A DNA stretch of 64,000 nucleotides from Candidatus Sulfotelmatobacter sp. (lineage in GTDB: Bacteria > Acidobacteriota > Terriglobia > Terriglobales > Acidobacteriaceae). Each line of letters opens with the position of its first letter. Position 1 is the stretch's first letter. Positions 36,973 to 47,350 of this stretch are shown in pieces. The DNA is taken from positions 1,032 to 65,031 of the forward strand of contig DATBEI010000059.1 of the NCBI GenBank assembly GCA_036269595.1, written 5' to 3'. The notes beneath the pieces are model-generated. The model was given only the letters and a program-made list of their open reading frames with translations. It was not told where the DNA came from and made no database searches. Made by a program: the position numbers and the translations under genes.

Positions 36973-37677
36973 CTAGAGCGGCGATAGTTCGTCCTCATTC
37001 TCTTCTTTCCTGCCACGAACAAATCTCTCCTCCAGAAAACGTTGCGCCAAATTCCGACCGCCAATTCCGAATGCGATTGCCAGCCCAAGCATCAGGGCGC
37101 CGAAAGCTATACCGAAGGCTACCAGCATGGTTTGTTCGGCAATGCCGAGCTCTTCGAAGACCACGGAAAACACAAAAACCACGATAACGGTGCGAACCGC
37201 CATGCTGACAATCCGAGCTGACCGCATGTTCGCGTTCACAGCTGCCAACAAAGCAGCGCGAGAAAAGAAGCTGGCAGCCAGCAGGCCAAAAAACAAAATA
37301 AACATCGCCACGAAAAGACGTGGCAAGAATATAAAGAACCTTCCTACTTGTTCTTGCAGCCCCAAGATGCCGAGCACGCTCACCCCCAGCAAGATGAAGC
37401 CGAGCCAGGTGACCCAGAAGACGAAGCGGCTCAACACCTCGGCGGCAGTAGGCAATGCAGCCTTGGAAAGCAACTGAGAGGCACCGGTGTTCTCAGAAAA
37501 TTTGTCGAACTTGATAAGCCGCAGAATGCTGCGCACCACCACTTTTACGGCGTACGCGATTAGCCAGCCCACAAAAGCGAGGATCAGCATTACGATCAGA
37601 CGAGGAAGGTAATGCGCAAAACCTCGAGCCAACTCGTGCAATGCCTGACTTAGTTCGCTGACAATCATTTCTCGCAT
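36973..37677 (-). CDS. Membrane protein with repeated TM-helix modules (MscS N-terminal-like), function unknown
   Basis: 234 aa, 5-6 TM helices. 7 nt downstream of the glycosyltransferase-like gene. Confidence 0.55.
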   Translation of the reverse strand: MREMIVSELSQALHELARGFAHYLPRLIVMLILAFVGWLIAYAVKVVVRSILRLIKFDKFSENTGASQLLSKAALPTAAEVLSRFVFWVTWLGFILLGVSVLGILGLQEQVGRFFIFLPRLFVAMFILFFGLLAASFFSRAALLAAVNANMRSARIVSMAVRTVIVVFVFSVVFEELGIAEQTMLVAFGIAFGALMLGLAIAFGIGGRNLAQRFLEERFVRGRKEENEDELSPL

Positions 37678-37684
37678 AATCGCC

Positions 37685-38980
37685 TCACTCTCGGGATTTC
37701 CACATTTGCATCAGATACGGTTTCAATCGTTCAAACTCAACGCAGAGCGCCTCAATGTTGACCTCCACTTCGCTCGCAGAAGCGCTGCGATTCTCAATCA
37801 GAAAAGTGACTGCCCTGCCGCGAAAAAGCGGAGCTAGTGCCTGAACAATGTGGTCGCGATTGATCACGGATTTCTGGTATGCAGCGGCAAATTCGTAGAT
37901 CGTTTTCACCCACAATTCGGCGGGGTAGTGAAATGCTTCGTCATCGAGTCTTGCAAGTCGCTGGAGTTCTGCCAGCGTGGAGGACGAAAGAATCAAGTGA
38001 AAGACGGATTCGAGTTCGGCGACGCCGGTGGCGAACATTTCGCGCAGCCGTTTCCGGTTGACTCGGATCGGATCGAGCATCAGTTCGTGGTCGCTTCCAA
38101 TGGTGGGAATCGAGTTCGAACCGGTTACTGTACTCCACACAGGAAAGTCCGCCTCCATCGCGGAGAACAGCGGGCCCACAGTTTGCCGCAATGCCGGAAC
38201 GAGATCTGCGGCACGGCGCTCGGTGTGATCTTTTTCACCTAGAAAAGCCTGGCAGATTCGGGATCCTCCCTTAATTGCCGCAAGCGTGAAGCGAAGTTCG
38301 GTGCCCGTGCCGTTGCGATCGCTCCAGCCGTTGCCCCCCAGAAATTGACTTCCTATCCGGCTTGAGAATCCAAATTCGGGCATGTAAGGCTCACGCAGCC
38401 TAAGTCCATACAGTGCGCGGATCATCGGATACAACAAATTCGTCATCAAGAGACCGTCAAACTTGTGCCTGCGATAGGTGGGCGCGACCAGATCGAAGCC
38501 TTCGCGATAGATGGGGGCGGCAAGGTTGGAAATCCATTCCGGCTGAGTCTTTGCCGACTCCGGGGACATTACGATACAGGCCTTGGCGCGCAGTAGTTCG
38601 GCGGCGGCCAGGATGGTTCGCAAGGCGCCTCCTCCACTCGTGCCATTGGAGTAGGTCGTGCTGATGGAATGGAGGGTGCGAAGAGCGTGGAGGTTGGAGG
38701 CCGGCCGCGCATCATAAATGGACATGCCCGTGATCAGGCCGGGAGTGCCGTCGCGGGAGCCTCCGTCGGCATTGATGATGACGGCGCGCTCGCGAGGAAA
38801 ACTGCGCAAGATGCCGATTCGAATCGCGTCCACTACCGACCCGACCGTTTTTGCGTTATTGTGCGTGGGCAGGCCCACGAGAATGTCCACCTCGCCAACA
38901 TTGATCAGCTGGCGAAGAAAATCATCCGTAAGAAAAGTTTCGTCTTCCAATTTCAACTCGGCGTGAGACGCTCTCGACAT
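37685..38980 (-). CDS. GT-A fold glycosyltransferase homologue (GpgS/GT81-like core) with a ~150-aa C-terminal helical extension
   Basis: DILVGLPTHNNAKTVGSVVDAI ... INADGGSRDGT, LVAPTYRRHKFDG and REPYMPEFGFSSR are collinear by eye with glucosyl-3-phosphoglycerate synthase blocks. The DxD position reads SPE. Confidence 0.55.
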   Translation of the reverse strand: MSRASHAELKLEDETFLTDDFLRQLINVGEVDILVGLPTHNNAKTVGSVVDAIRIGILRSFPRERAVIINADGGSRDGTPGLITGMSIYDARPASNLHALRTLHSISTTYSNGTSGGGALRTILAAAELLRAKACIVMSPESAKTQPEWISNLAAPIYREGFDLVAPTYRRHKFDGLLMTNLLYPMIRALYGLRLREPYMPEFGFSSRIGSQFLGGNGWSDRNGTGTELRFTLAAIKGGSRICQAFLGEKDHTERRAADLVPALRQTVGPLFSAMEADFPVWSTVTGSNSIPTIGSDHELMLDPIRVNRKRLREMFATGVAELESVFHLILSSSTLAELQRLARLDDEAFHYPAELWVKTIYEFAAAYQKSVINRDHIVQALAPLFRGRAVTFLIENRSASASEVEVNIEALCVEFERLKPYLMQMWKSRE

Positions 38981-39002
38981 TATTTCCCATTATCTACATC
39001 GG

Positions 39003-40643
39003 TTACACGCGGCGCAGCCTGAACCAGTAAAATTGGTACGGTCCCAGCGTGAGCAGGTAGGGCAGGTCGCCAACTCGCGGAAAAATATTGTCGCCGAACA
39101 TCTCGATCAGGATGTTTCCTTTGTGGCGGCGGAGATCCAGTTCCACGGCCTGCGCCGTTCCCGAAAGATTATTGACGACCAGTACCGTCTCCCTGCCGAG
39201 CCACCGCAAATAAGCCAGGATTCTGTGGTTGGCGGGATAGAGAAACTCAATTGAACCTCTGCCAAATACGACGTTAGATTTGCGCACCTTGATGATGCGC
39301 TGCATCCAATGCAGGAGCGAGTGTTCACTTTCTCGTTGAGAAAGGACGTTGACGGCAGGATAACCGTACACTGGATCCTGAATCAGCGGAGCATACAAGT
39401 GGGTGGGATCCGAGACTGAAAACCCGGCGTTCCAGCCGCCCGTCCACTGCATGGGAGTTCTGACTCCGTTGCGGTCGCCCAGTAGAATGTTGTCGCCCAT
39501 TCCGATTTCGTCTCCGTAATAGATGATCGGAGTGCCCGGCAATGACATCAGCATGCCGTTCATCAATTCGATACGGCGGCGATCGTTATTCAGCAAAGGA
39601 GCAAGGCGCCTGCGGATTCCCAGATTCAGGCGCATGGTCTTGCTCGCAGCGTACATGTCATACATGTAGTCCCGTTCCATGTCGGTGACCATTTCCAGTG
39701 TCAGTTCGTCATGGTTGCGCAGAAATAAGGACCATTGGCAGGACGGCGGGATTTCCGGGGTCTGCTGCAAAATTTCCGTGATGGGCTTACGATCTTCCAG
39801 CTTCAGCCCCATGAACATTCTCGGCATCAGCGGAAAATGAAACGCCATATGGAACTCATCGCCGTCGCCGAAATAGGGACGAAGGTCGGCGGGCCACTGA
39901 TTGGCCTCCGCGAGCAGCATTCTGCAGTTAAATTGTTCGTCGAGCCTGTGCCGCAGGTCTTTTAGAATGCCGTGTGTCTCGGGTAGATTCTCGCAGTTTG
40001 TACCCTCACGCTCTACCAGGTATGGAACGGCATCCAGCCGGAAAGCATCCACCCCCATGTCCAGCCAGAATCTCATCACATCCCACATCTGCTCGCGAAC
40101 CGCAGGATTGTCGTAATTGAGATCGGGCTGATGACTAAAGAAGCGATGCCAGTAAAACGATTGTGATTCCGGATCCCATGCCCAGTTGGACTTTTCGGTA
40201 TCGAGGAAAATGATGCGAGTGCCTTTGTAGCGATTATCGGTATCGCTCCAGACGTACCAATCCCGACGCGGATTGCCCCGTGAACCGCGCGCCTCTTTAA
40301 ACCATGGATGTTGATCGGAGGTGTGGTTCAACACCATTTCAATGATGACTCGGATTCCGCGCTCGTGGGCGGCGTGAAGAACTTTGCGGAAATCCTCCAG
40401 CGTTCCGTAGCTGGGATGAACCGAGTGGTAGTCCGAAATGTCGTAGCCATCGTCGCGCAGAGGGGAAGGGAAAAACGGCATCAACCAGATCGCATTGACC
40501 CCCAGCTCTTGCAAGTAATCAAGCTTCTGTTCGAGCCCAGGAAAATCGCCGATGCCATCGGCGTTGCTGTCGTAAAAAGTGCGGACGTGCACTTGATAAA
40601 TGATCGCGTCTTTGTACCAGAGGGGGTCCGTGTTGAGTGGCAA
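39003..40643 (-). CDS. treS: Trehalose synthase / maltose alpha-D-glucosyltransferase (GH13), without a maltokinase domain
   Basis: WYKDAIIYQVHVRTFYDSNADGIGDFPGL, LMPFFPSPLRDDGYDISDY, VDAFRLDAVPYL, NHDELTLEMV. Confidence 0.92.
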   Translation of the reverse strand: MPLNTDPLWYKDAIIYQVHVRTFYDSNADGIGDFPGLEQKLDYLQELGVNAIWLMPFFPSPLRDDGYDISDYHSVHPSYGTLEDFRKVLHAAHERGIRVIIEMVLNHTSDQHPWFKEARGSRGNPRRDWYVWSDTDNRYKGTRIIFLDTEKSNWAWDPESQSFYWHRFFSHQPDLNYDNPAVREQMWDVMRFWLDMGVDAFRLDAVPYLVEREGTNCENLPETHGILKDLRHRLDEQFNCRMLLAEANQWPADLRPYFGDGDEFHMAFHFPLMPRMFMGLKLEDRKPITEILQQTPEIPPSCQWSLFLRNHDELTLEMVTDMERDYMYDMYAASKTMRLNLGIRRRLAPLLNNDRRRIELMNGMLMSLPGTPIIYYGDEIGMGDNILLGDRNGVRTPMQWTGGWNAGFSVSDPTHLYAPLIQDPVYGYPAVNVLSQRESEHSLLHWMQRIIKVRKSNVVFGRGSIEFLYPANHRILAYLRWLGRETVLVVNNLSGTAQAVELDLRRHKGNILIEMFGDNIFPRVGDLPYLLTLGPYQFYWFRLRRV

Positions 40644-40833
40644 ACCGCTAACTCCTGGGGAACTGCCGTTACACTCGGCAGGATAGGGGATACGAAAAGT
40701 TTATATGAAGTAAAGATGCTGGCGCACGCTGGAATTCAAGCCAAATGCGAGTGTTGAGTGATCCGCTTGGTTCTAACACTTGCAACCGAGATCCGCAACT
40801 ATGGAAGGACTTTGCGCTGCCCACAAAAGCCGA

Positions 40834-43800
40834 TTACGCGGCGCGCATTTGCGCGACCGGCTTCTCCTGCAATAGAAGCTCCGTAGCCTGCACTCGCCGG
40901 TCTGAATGAAACCATCCCTGCACGACGTCGTTATAAAGAAAGTTCGCCAATGAGAGCAGGCTCATTCCTTGATGGTGAACCATCCAGGACAGCACGAGTT
41001 CGTACCGTGGTCCGAAGCGCTTGTGCGGGCGACTGTAGTCCGCAGCCTCGTAGAATCCGTAAGAGCCGAACCATCCCATCGAATCCATGCGACGCAGATT
41101 CGCCAGCGCACCTTGACGATCCACATTTAAAGCTAGAAATGTTGAGTAGGGCGAAACGATCATGGGCTCTACGCCGGTTTTTCTCAGTGCGAGACCAGGC
41201 ACTCCGAAGGCCTCATAGTGATAGTCTCCGGCATCGTTGCGCTTGGCACAGCCCGATTCCGAAATGCCCCATAAGATGCCTTTGTTGGCGGCATATTCCT
41301 GTTGCGAGCGCACTGCGGCCACGCTTGCCCGGTCCAGCAAGGTGTTCGGATAAACGCGCATCCAGATCGAGGGCATCAGGTACTCGAACATGGTTCCGGT
41401 CCATGACAACAAAACCGTCCGCCCATGGTCGCGCGTGTAGGGCCGGTCAAGCCGGAACCAGCATTCCTGCGGGATGTCTTCTTTGGCAATGGCGATGAAG
41501 ACGGCGGTTCGCGGTTCGGTCGCCAGCAGGTTGTAATTGTAGGGTTGCAATTCCTCGGTCTGAGCGTCGAAACCCACTGACAGCAGCAGTCGTTGCTTGT
41601 CGAGCAGAAAACCGAATTCCATAGCATTCGCCAGACTGCGCGCCTGCTTGCTGGCCTGTTGCAGATCCTCAATCAGACGAAGCACGTTCTTCCGCGCTTC
41701 CGTCAACATAGGCGCGAGACGCTTTGCCGCTTCATTCTCCTTGTTTCCCGATTGGAGGCTGAGATCAACACGCCTCTCGATCTCAAGATTCAGGTCGGGC
41801 AATTGCTGCAAAGGCACATCGTCGATGGACGCTCCCCCAGCCTCAAGTTCGCTTCGCAGGGCAGCGAATTCAGGAAGCTTCCATGGCACGAAGCCAGCTA
41901 CCATTTCGCGGACTTTTTGAACTCGTAAGCGCGCTTGCTCGCGGAACCAGGCAATGTCAGCAGCATGGTCGTTTTCTTGCTTGGTTTTTTTCGGATTTAA
42001 TAAATCTTCTTTGAAGTTCAAAACCGGAGTAAGCCAATCTTCATCCCGAAAACTTGCCTCAAATTTTGATAACGCTCGTTTCGAAAGCGCGTCGAGATTT
42101 ACGAGAGCGCCCAGGTGATCCAGCAAACCGTCCGCCAGGCTTTTTCCAGCGAGCGGCCGGCGCAAAACATCCAGGCAGCCTTGATCTAGCGTCCACAGCG
42201 AAGCGACCAGATTTCCGCTGTCGACAGAGGAAATGAAAAATGGCGGCTTGGTTCTTAGTGTGTGAGTTTCGTACCAGTTCATCAGGTGGCCGCGATATTT
42301 AGGCAGGCGGACCATCGTGCCCAGTGTTTTCTGAGTCAGGTCCAGCATTTCCGGCACGGTGATGTAACCAAATTCGTTCGCCACCTGCCTCGCATTCAGA
42401 AGCAGGCCAACGTTCGTCGGAGAAACACTGTCGGCGATTTTGCGAGGCTTGTCTTCCACGTTGTCCGGCACGAGCCAGTTGTTTTCTTCCGTGGAGAACT
42501 CCGCAAAATATCGCCAGATATGCAAAGCGGACTTCCGCAGCAACCAGGTGTCGCCTCGCGTAGTTTCGGGCACGACTTCGAGTGGAGAGGCGTTGAGCCA
42601 GAGCACTAAGCCCTTACTGCACGCCCAGAGCGTCAGGACCGGAGCAGCAGCCAGCAAAGAATGCGGACGAGCCAGCCAGATGAAGGCTCCGAGGCCGATT
42701 GCCAGCAGCGGCATCCAGTCAAGGTAACGATCGATCTGGGTGCGGCGCTCCCCGAGTTCCGCTTCGGCGGCCGTTTCCCACTCCAGCAAACGCTCCCGCG
42801 TAACCAGGCGCCGGACTAATGCGCGGCCTACGGCGTCGAGTGATAACAGCATCTGGTGCGCCAGAAGTGTCAAAGTCAGCAGGACGGTAAAGTTGGTGGC
42901 AAAAAGATTACTGAGCGCGTCACGAGCGATTCGCGGCTGACCTGCCAGGACCGCGCGGGTCAGTCCGAATCCAAACTCGACCCAGGCCGGAACGAACAAA
43001 ATGCAGATCGCGGCGAGAGTCCACCAGAAAGGGTGGCCCATCACAAACCAGCCGAACAGAAACAACGCAAAGGTTGCGGGCTCCACGAGGCTGCGGCGCA
43101 GGTTGTCGAGAATCTTCCAGCGAGAGACGAGCGATATCGGATTGGGAACGCGCGCACCCGACTCATCGGGAACACGGTCCGTAAGCCACTCCACGATCTG
43201 CCAGTCGCCGCGCAGCCAGCGGTGTTTGCGGCGGCTGTAGGCGCTGTAGTGCGAGGGATAGTCCTCGATCACCACGATGTCGGTCGCCAGACCGGCTCGG
43301 GCGTACGCGCCTTCAATGAGATCGTGGCTGAGCAGTGCATTACGAGGGAAGCGATGGCTGAGAACGCGCGCCATCGTGTCTACTTCGTAAATTCCTTTTC
43401 CGGTAAACGTACCTTCGCCGAAGAGATCCTGATAAACGTCGGAAACGGCGCGAGTATAAGGGTCAAGACCACTCTCTCCGGCGAAAATCGCCGCCAGTCG
43501 CGAGCGAGCCGTGCTTTGCACACTCACATCGACGCGAGGCTGCAAAATACCGTATCCAGCGACCACCACGTTATTAGCCGGATCGATGATTGCCTGGTTC
43601 AGTGGATGCGCAATGGCTCCTACCATGCGTTGAGCAGATCCGCGAGGCAATTCAGTGTCGGAGTCCAGCGTAATCACGTAGCGGATTTTGGGCAGGATCG
43701 ACAGATTGCCGATCTTCACCGGGAAGCTGTCGAACTGCCCGCGCATCAGGCGATTCAGGTCGAGCAATTTGCCGCGCTTGCGCTCCCATCCCATCCACCC

Positions 43801-45282
43801 GCGTTCGCGGGGGTTGTAAACACGATGGCGGTGCAGCAGGAAGAATGAGCCGATATTTTTGGCGGCATAACGTTCGTTGAGTTCGCGAATCAGTTTCGTG
43901 CACAGGTCGACGAGGGCATCGTCTTCGGGCGCGGGCTTGGGCGAATCGGGGAGATCCGACACAAGCGCGAAGTGCAGATTGGGATCGTGGTTGCCAAGAA
44001 AACGCACCTCAAGCTTCTCCACGAGTCCTCGCACCTGCTTTTCATTCAGCAAAAGCGTCGGAATGGCGACGAGCGTTCTGCAATCATCAGGAATTCCGTC
44101 TGAAAAATCGAGCTTGGCGAGCGAAGCTGCGGGCAATAGATTCGTGGTCAAGTAATTCATTACCTGAACCGCTGCCTGAGAACCGGGCAACAACAGAAAC
44201 AGCATCGACAGCATGATGAGGAGCAGCGGAGTGCTGGCGGCCGTTAGCAGCCATACTGCTGCAGTAGTGATAACGAAGGTCAGAACCGCAATTCCCAGCA
44301 GCAAGTATTCCGCCGGATGTTGTCGGAGCAGTAGCCGCACCCGTTCGCCAAACTTGGGATGCGCACCCACCCGCTGGCTGAGGACAACGGAGCCCTCGCT
44401 CACCAGGTAGTAACCAATATGCGATTCCCGCAACTTAATTCTCGGATCTGGGTATCGTCGTTGCTGCGCTTTGCGCGCCAAGGAGAGCGCTTCCTCGGCG
44501 ACTTCCATTTCGGTTCGATCGGAGCGCTGCGCAATCGTAGCCACTTTCTCGCGGTATGTATTGCGGCTTTCGACGTCCATATCGGCATAGCATCCAACCG
44601 GGTCTTGGCGCAGGGTCTTGTCGAAAGGGATGAGTTGCTCGAGGACGTCTTTCCAAGAAGTTTGGCTGACGGTCTCCAGGGTCCGAATGCATTTGGTGAT
44701 GCGTTCGCCGGGCGTGGCCGTCGGATCTGCGACCAGCCGAACGCCGATGGTTGCGATCTTTTCGAGCAAAACCAGTTTTAGGGAGGGGACGAGAGCGCCA
44801 ACTTCGTGAAATTCGAGAGGCACAGCCTCCTCGAAGCCCAGACAAAATTCAGTGAACTTCGATTCTGTAAAAGAAAAGCCGGTTTCATCAAGAAACCCTT
44901 GCGCCATGACCAAGACGCGAGGCAGAAGTTCATCTTTCGTGGAAACGTGAGGGATGCGGGTCAGGGGGCCGAGATCATTGGAAACGGCGCGCATTTCCGA
45001 GGAGATCTGCTGCGCATTGTCCCGCACCCAAAGCAAGTCTTCGGAGTTAGGAGCTTTGGCGAAGGCTGCATCCACTCGTGCGAAAATCTCTTTGAACGTA
45101 GCCGCGAGCTTTCGACAGCGAACCGAAAATGTGTCGGACGAAGCTCCCGGAAGCCAACCTACCCGCGCGGCCAGTTCCAGACCTGCGATGCGTAGCGTAC
45201 CCACCTTTTCTTCGGGGAGGGCGGAAGAATGCAAGAGCTCATCTTCGAGGATCACGCTGCGGATTGGAGCTTTGGGAACCAT
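40834..45282 (-). CDS. Cyclic beta-1,2-glucan synthase-like protein: TM region plus GT84 domain plus cyclisation-domain-like region, no GH94 domain
   Basis: DSDTELP and RKHRWLRGDWQ (GT84 signatures). Then SPTNVGLLLNA, RGHLMNWYETHTL, SSVDSGNL, FEYLMPSIWM, WGISESG, HHQGMSLLSLAN and ELLLQEKP, as in the central region of Cgs/NdvB. The ORF stops right after this, at 1482 aa versus about 2800 in Cgs. Confidence 0.8.
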   Translation of the reverse strand: MVPKAPIRSVILEDELLHSSALPEEKVGTLRIAGLELAARVGWLPGASSDTFSVRCRKLAATFKEIFARVDAAFAKAPNSEDLLWVRDNAQQISSEMRAVSNDLGPLTRIPHVSTKDELLPRVLVMAQGFLDETGFSFTESKFTEFCLGFEEAVPLEFHEVGALVPSLKLVLLEKIATIGVRLVADPTATPGERITKCIRTLETVSQTSWKDVLEQLIPFDKTLRQDPVGCYADMDVESRNTYREKVATIAQRSDRTEMEVAEEALSLARKAQQRRYPDPRIKLRESHIGYYLVSEGSVVLSQRVGAHPKFGERVRLLLRQHPAEYLLLGIAVLTFVITTAAVWLLTAASTPLLLIMLSMLFLLLPGSQAAVQVMNYLTTNLLPAASLAKLDFSDGIPDDCRTLVAIPTLLLNEKQVRGLVEKLEVRFLGNHDPNLHFALVSDLPDSPKPAPEDDALVDLCTKLIRELNERYAAKNIGSFFLLHRHRVYNPRERGWMGWERKRGKLLDLNRLMRGQFDSFPVKIGNLSILPKIRYVITLDSDTELPRGSAQRMVGAIAHPLNQAIIDPANNVVVAGYGILQPRVDVSVQSTARSRLAAIFAGESGLDPYTRAVSDVYQDLFGEGTFTGKGIYEVDTMARVLSHRFPRNALLSHDLIEGAYARAGLATDIVVIEDYPSHYSAYSRRKHRWLRGDWQIVEWLTDRVPDESGARVPNPISLVSRWKILDNLRRSLVEPATFALFLFGWFVMGHPFWWTLAAICILFVPAWVEFGFGLTRAVLAGQPRIARDALSNLFATNFTVLLTLTLLAHQMLLSLDAVGRALVRRLVTRERLLEWETAAEAELGERRTQIDRYLDWMPLLAIGLGAFIWLARPHSLLAAAPVLTLWACSKGLVLWLNASPLEVVPETTRGDTWLLRKSALHIWRYFAEFSTEENNWLVPDNVEDKPRKIADSVSPTNVGLLLNARQVANEFGYITVPEMLDLTQKTLGTMVRLPKYRGHLMNWYETHTLRTKPPFFISSVDSGNLVASLWTLDQGCLDVLRRPLAGKSLADGLLDHLGALVNLDALSKRALSKFEASFRDEDWLTPVLNFKEDLLNPKKTKQENDHAADIAWFREQARLRVQKVREMVAGFVPWKLPEFAALRSELEAGGASIDDVPLQQLPDLNLEIERRVDLSLQSGNKENEAAKRLAPMLTEARKNVLRLIEDLQQASKQARSLANAMEFGFLLDKQRLLLSVGFDAQTEELQPYNYNLLATEPRTAVFIAIAKEDIPQECWFRLDRPYTRDHGRTVLLSWTGTMFEYLMPSIWMRVYPNTLLDRASVAAVRSQQEYAANKGILWGISESGCAKRNDAGDYHYEAFGVPGLALRKTGVEPMIVSPYSTFLALNVDRQGALANLRRMDSMGWFGSYGFYEAADYSRPHKRFGPRYELVLSWMVHHQGMSLLSLANFLYNDVVQGWFHSDRRVQATELLLQEKPVAQMRAA

Positions 45283-45323
45283 TTAAAATCCATTCTTAGT
45301 ACGATGTCGCTCGCCAATCTCTC

Positions 45324-47144
45324 CTAGCGGTAGCTCGCGGCCTGAAGCTCGAACATTTCCGCGTAGCGGCCGCCCAGCTGCGTCAATGCGTCGTGGTCGC
45401 CTTCTTCCGCGATGCGTCCGTTTTCCAGCACCACGATACGATCGGCCATGCGCACTGTCGAGAATCGATGCGATATAAATAACGCCATCTTGCCCGCGGT
45501 CAACTCGGCAAAGCGTTGAAATACCTCATACTCGCTGCGTGCGTCCAGAGCCGAAGTGGGCTCATCAAGAATCAACACCTGCGCGTCGCGCAGGTACGCC
45601 CGAGCCAGGGCGACTTTCTGCCATTCCCCACCAGAGAGATCGACCCCGCCCTCGAAGCGCCGGCCCAGCATCTGCGCATATCCCGAGGGAAGCTTGGCCA
45701 CGACTCCGTCGGCCATACTTTTGAAAGCGGACTGCCGCAGCAGTTCCATGTTTTCGATCTGCTCGATCCGGCCGACCGCAATGTTTTCTCGAGCGGTCAT
45801 CTCGTAACGCATAAAGTCCTGAAAAATAACGCCAATTTCGCGGTACAGATCCTCGAGATCATATTCTCGCAGGTCCACGCCATCGAGCAAGACTTGTCCC
45901 TCGGCAGGGTCGTACAAGCGCGTCAGGAGCTTCACAATAGTGGTCTTGCCTTCACCGTTTTCACCGATCAACGCCACGCGCTCGCCCGGTCGTAGATGGA
46001 AATTGAGTCCATTTAAAACCAGACGAGAACTTCCTGGGTATCGGAAAGAAACATTACGAAACTCGAATCCTTGCTGGATGGGACGCGGCGCCGGCAGCGC
46101 ATTCGGCTTCGATTGGATAGTCGGACGCATCTCGAAAAATGCGATCAGGTCAGTTAAGAATAAGGCCTGGTCGGCAATTGTCGACAGAGTCGAAAACGTT
46201 TGTTGCAAGTTGGAACTGGCGTCGCGAATGGCGTTGGCCAAGAAAACCAACGAGCCTAGGCTGAACACGCCCGTAACCGTCTTCCAGACCGCGAAGATGT
46301 AGGCGGTGTAATAGCCAGCGGTGCCGATGGCGGAAAGAACCGACCCCATTAGCACTTTCTTGCGCGCCAAAGCCACGTCTTCCTTGTAGACCTGGGTCGA
46401 AAGCCCTTCGAAGCGGCGCGTCAGGAAGTCTTTCAGGCCGAAGAGCTTCAACTCTTTTGCTGCTTCTTTACTTCCACCCAGAATGCGAAGGTAATCAAGC
46501 TGGCGCCGCACCGGCGTCTGCCGGAAGTTTTTGGCATAGCCCAGGAACGCAAAGTGCGTCTCGCCCAGGAAGGCCGGAATGACGCCGATGATAAGAAGCA
46601 GCAACAGCCATGGCGAAAACACCATGATCGAAATCGACAAGGTAATGGTGGTAATCACCTGCTGGAGGAGGCGTCCAATCGCCTGGATCATATACAGGCG
46701 GTCTGTGGCTTGAACCCGAGCACGCTCCAAGCGGTCGTAGAAGGCCGGATCCTCATAGGCCAATAGGTCCAAGCCGGCCGCGTGCTCCATAACGCGAACG
46801 CTGACGTGATGCGTGTACTTGCCAGCCAGGAGGGCATCAAGGTAATCGATTACGCGGCCGAGTATGGCCGCGGAGACGGCCAGGGCAAATTCTGCAGCCA
46901 CCAGCCACCACAGGTGCGGTCCTGCATGCCGACCGGTCTTAACGACCTGCACAATGTTGTCGATGATGAGTTTGGAAACCCAGAACAGAGCGGGTGGGAG
47001 GAGAGCCGAAATCACCCTGGAAATCACGCCGAAAACCACGACCGCGCGGCCCGACTCCCAGACAAAACGGAGAACGGCGGGAACGTTGCGCAGCGCTGAG
47101 AAGCGCTCTCGCCAACTTCCCCAAACCTCAGGTTCCCCGTTCAT
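45324..47144 (-). CDS. ABC exporter, fused TMD-NBD half transporter (NdvA/ChvA-like by context)
   Basis: 6-TM N-terminus. Walker A GENGEGKTT, signature LSGGEWQKVALA, Walker B VLILDEPTSALD. 41 nt upstream of the glucan synthase-like gene. Confidence 0.85.
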   Translation of the reverse strand: MNGEPEVWGSWRERFSALRNVPAVLRFVWESGRAVVVFGVISRVISALLPPALFWVSKLIIDNIVQVVKTGRHAGPHLWWLVAAEFALAVSAAILGRVIDYLDALLAGKYTHHVSVRVMEHAAGLDLLAYEDPAFYDRLERARVQATDRLYMIQAIGRLLQQVITTITLSISIMVFSPWLLLLLIIGVIPAFLGETHFAFLGYAKNFRQTPVRRQLDYLRILGGSKEAAKELKLFGLKDFLTRRFEGLSTQVYKEDVALARKKVLMGSVLSAIGTAGYYTAYIFAVWKTVTGVFSLGSLVFLANAIRDASSNLQQTFSTLSTIADQALFLTDLIAFFEMRPTIQSKPNALPAPRPIQQGFEFRNVSFRYPGSSRLVLNGLNFHLRPGERVALIGENGEGKTTIVKLLTRLYDPAEGQVLLDGVDLREYDLEDLYREIGVIFQDFMRYEMTARENIAVGRIEQIENMELLRQSAFKSMADGVVAKLPSGYAQMLGRRFEGGVDLSGGEWQKVALARAYLRDAQVLILDEPTSALDARSEYEVFQRFAELTAGKMALFISHRFSTVRMADRIVVLENGRIAEEGDHDALTQLGGRYAEMFELQAASYR

Positions 47145-47350
47145 AACGCAATCCCCAAGACTCGGCAGCGAGAGGGATTCGCCTTAGCACCGGGGTCGCC
47201 GAGACCCAAGTGTCAGCCGAAGTGGCGAATGCCCTAAACCATTTGGGCACAATAATAGCTGATTAGAGCTCTCAAACGACGTTTTGATGAAGAAACAGCC
47301 CCTGCGGTTGGTCCGTTGAGAAGCGTCCGGGCGTTTCCAGCCGGTCAAAG

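Noticed and set aside
42856-43848. 330-aa plus-strand ORF
   Set aside because: It lies antisense to the GT84 domain of the glucan synthase-like gene, whose own frame carries clear family motifs.
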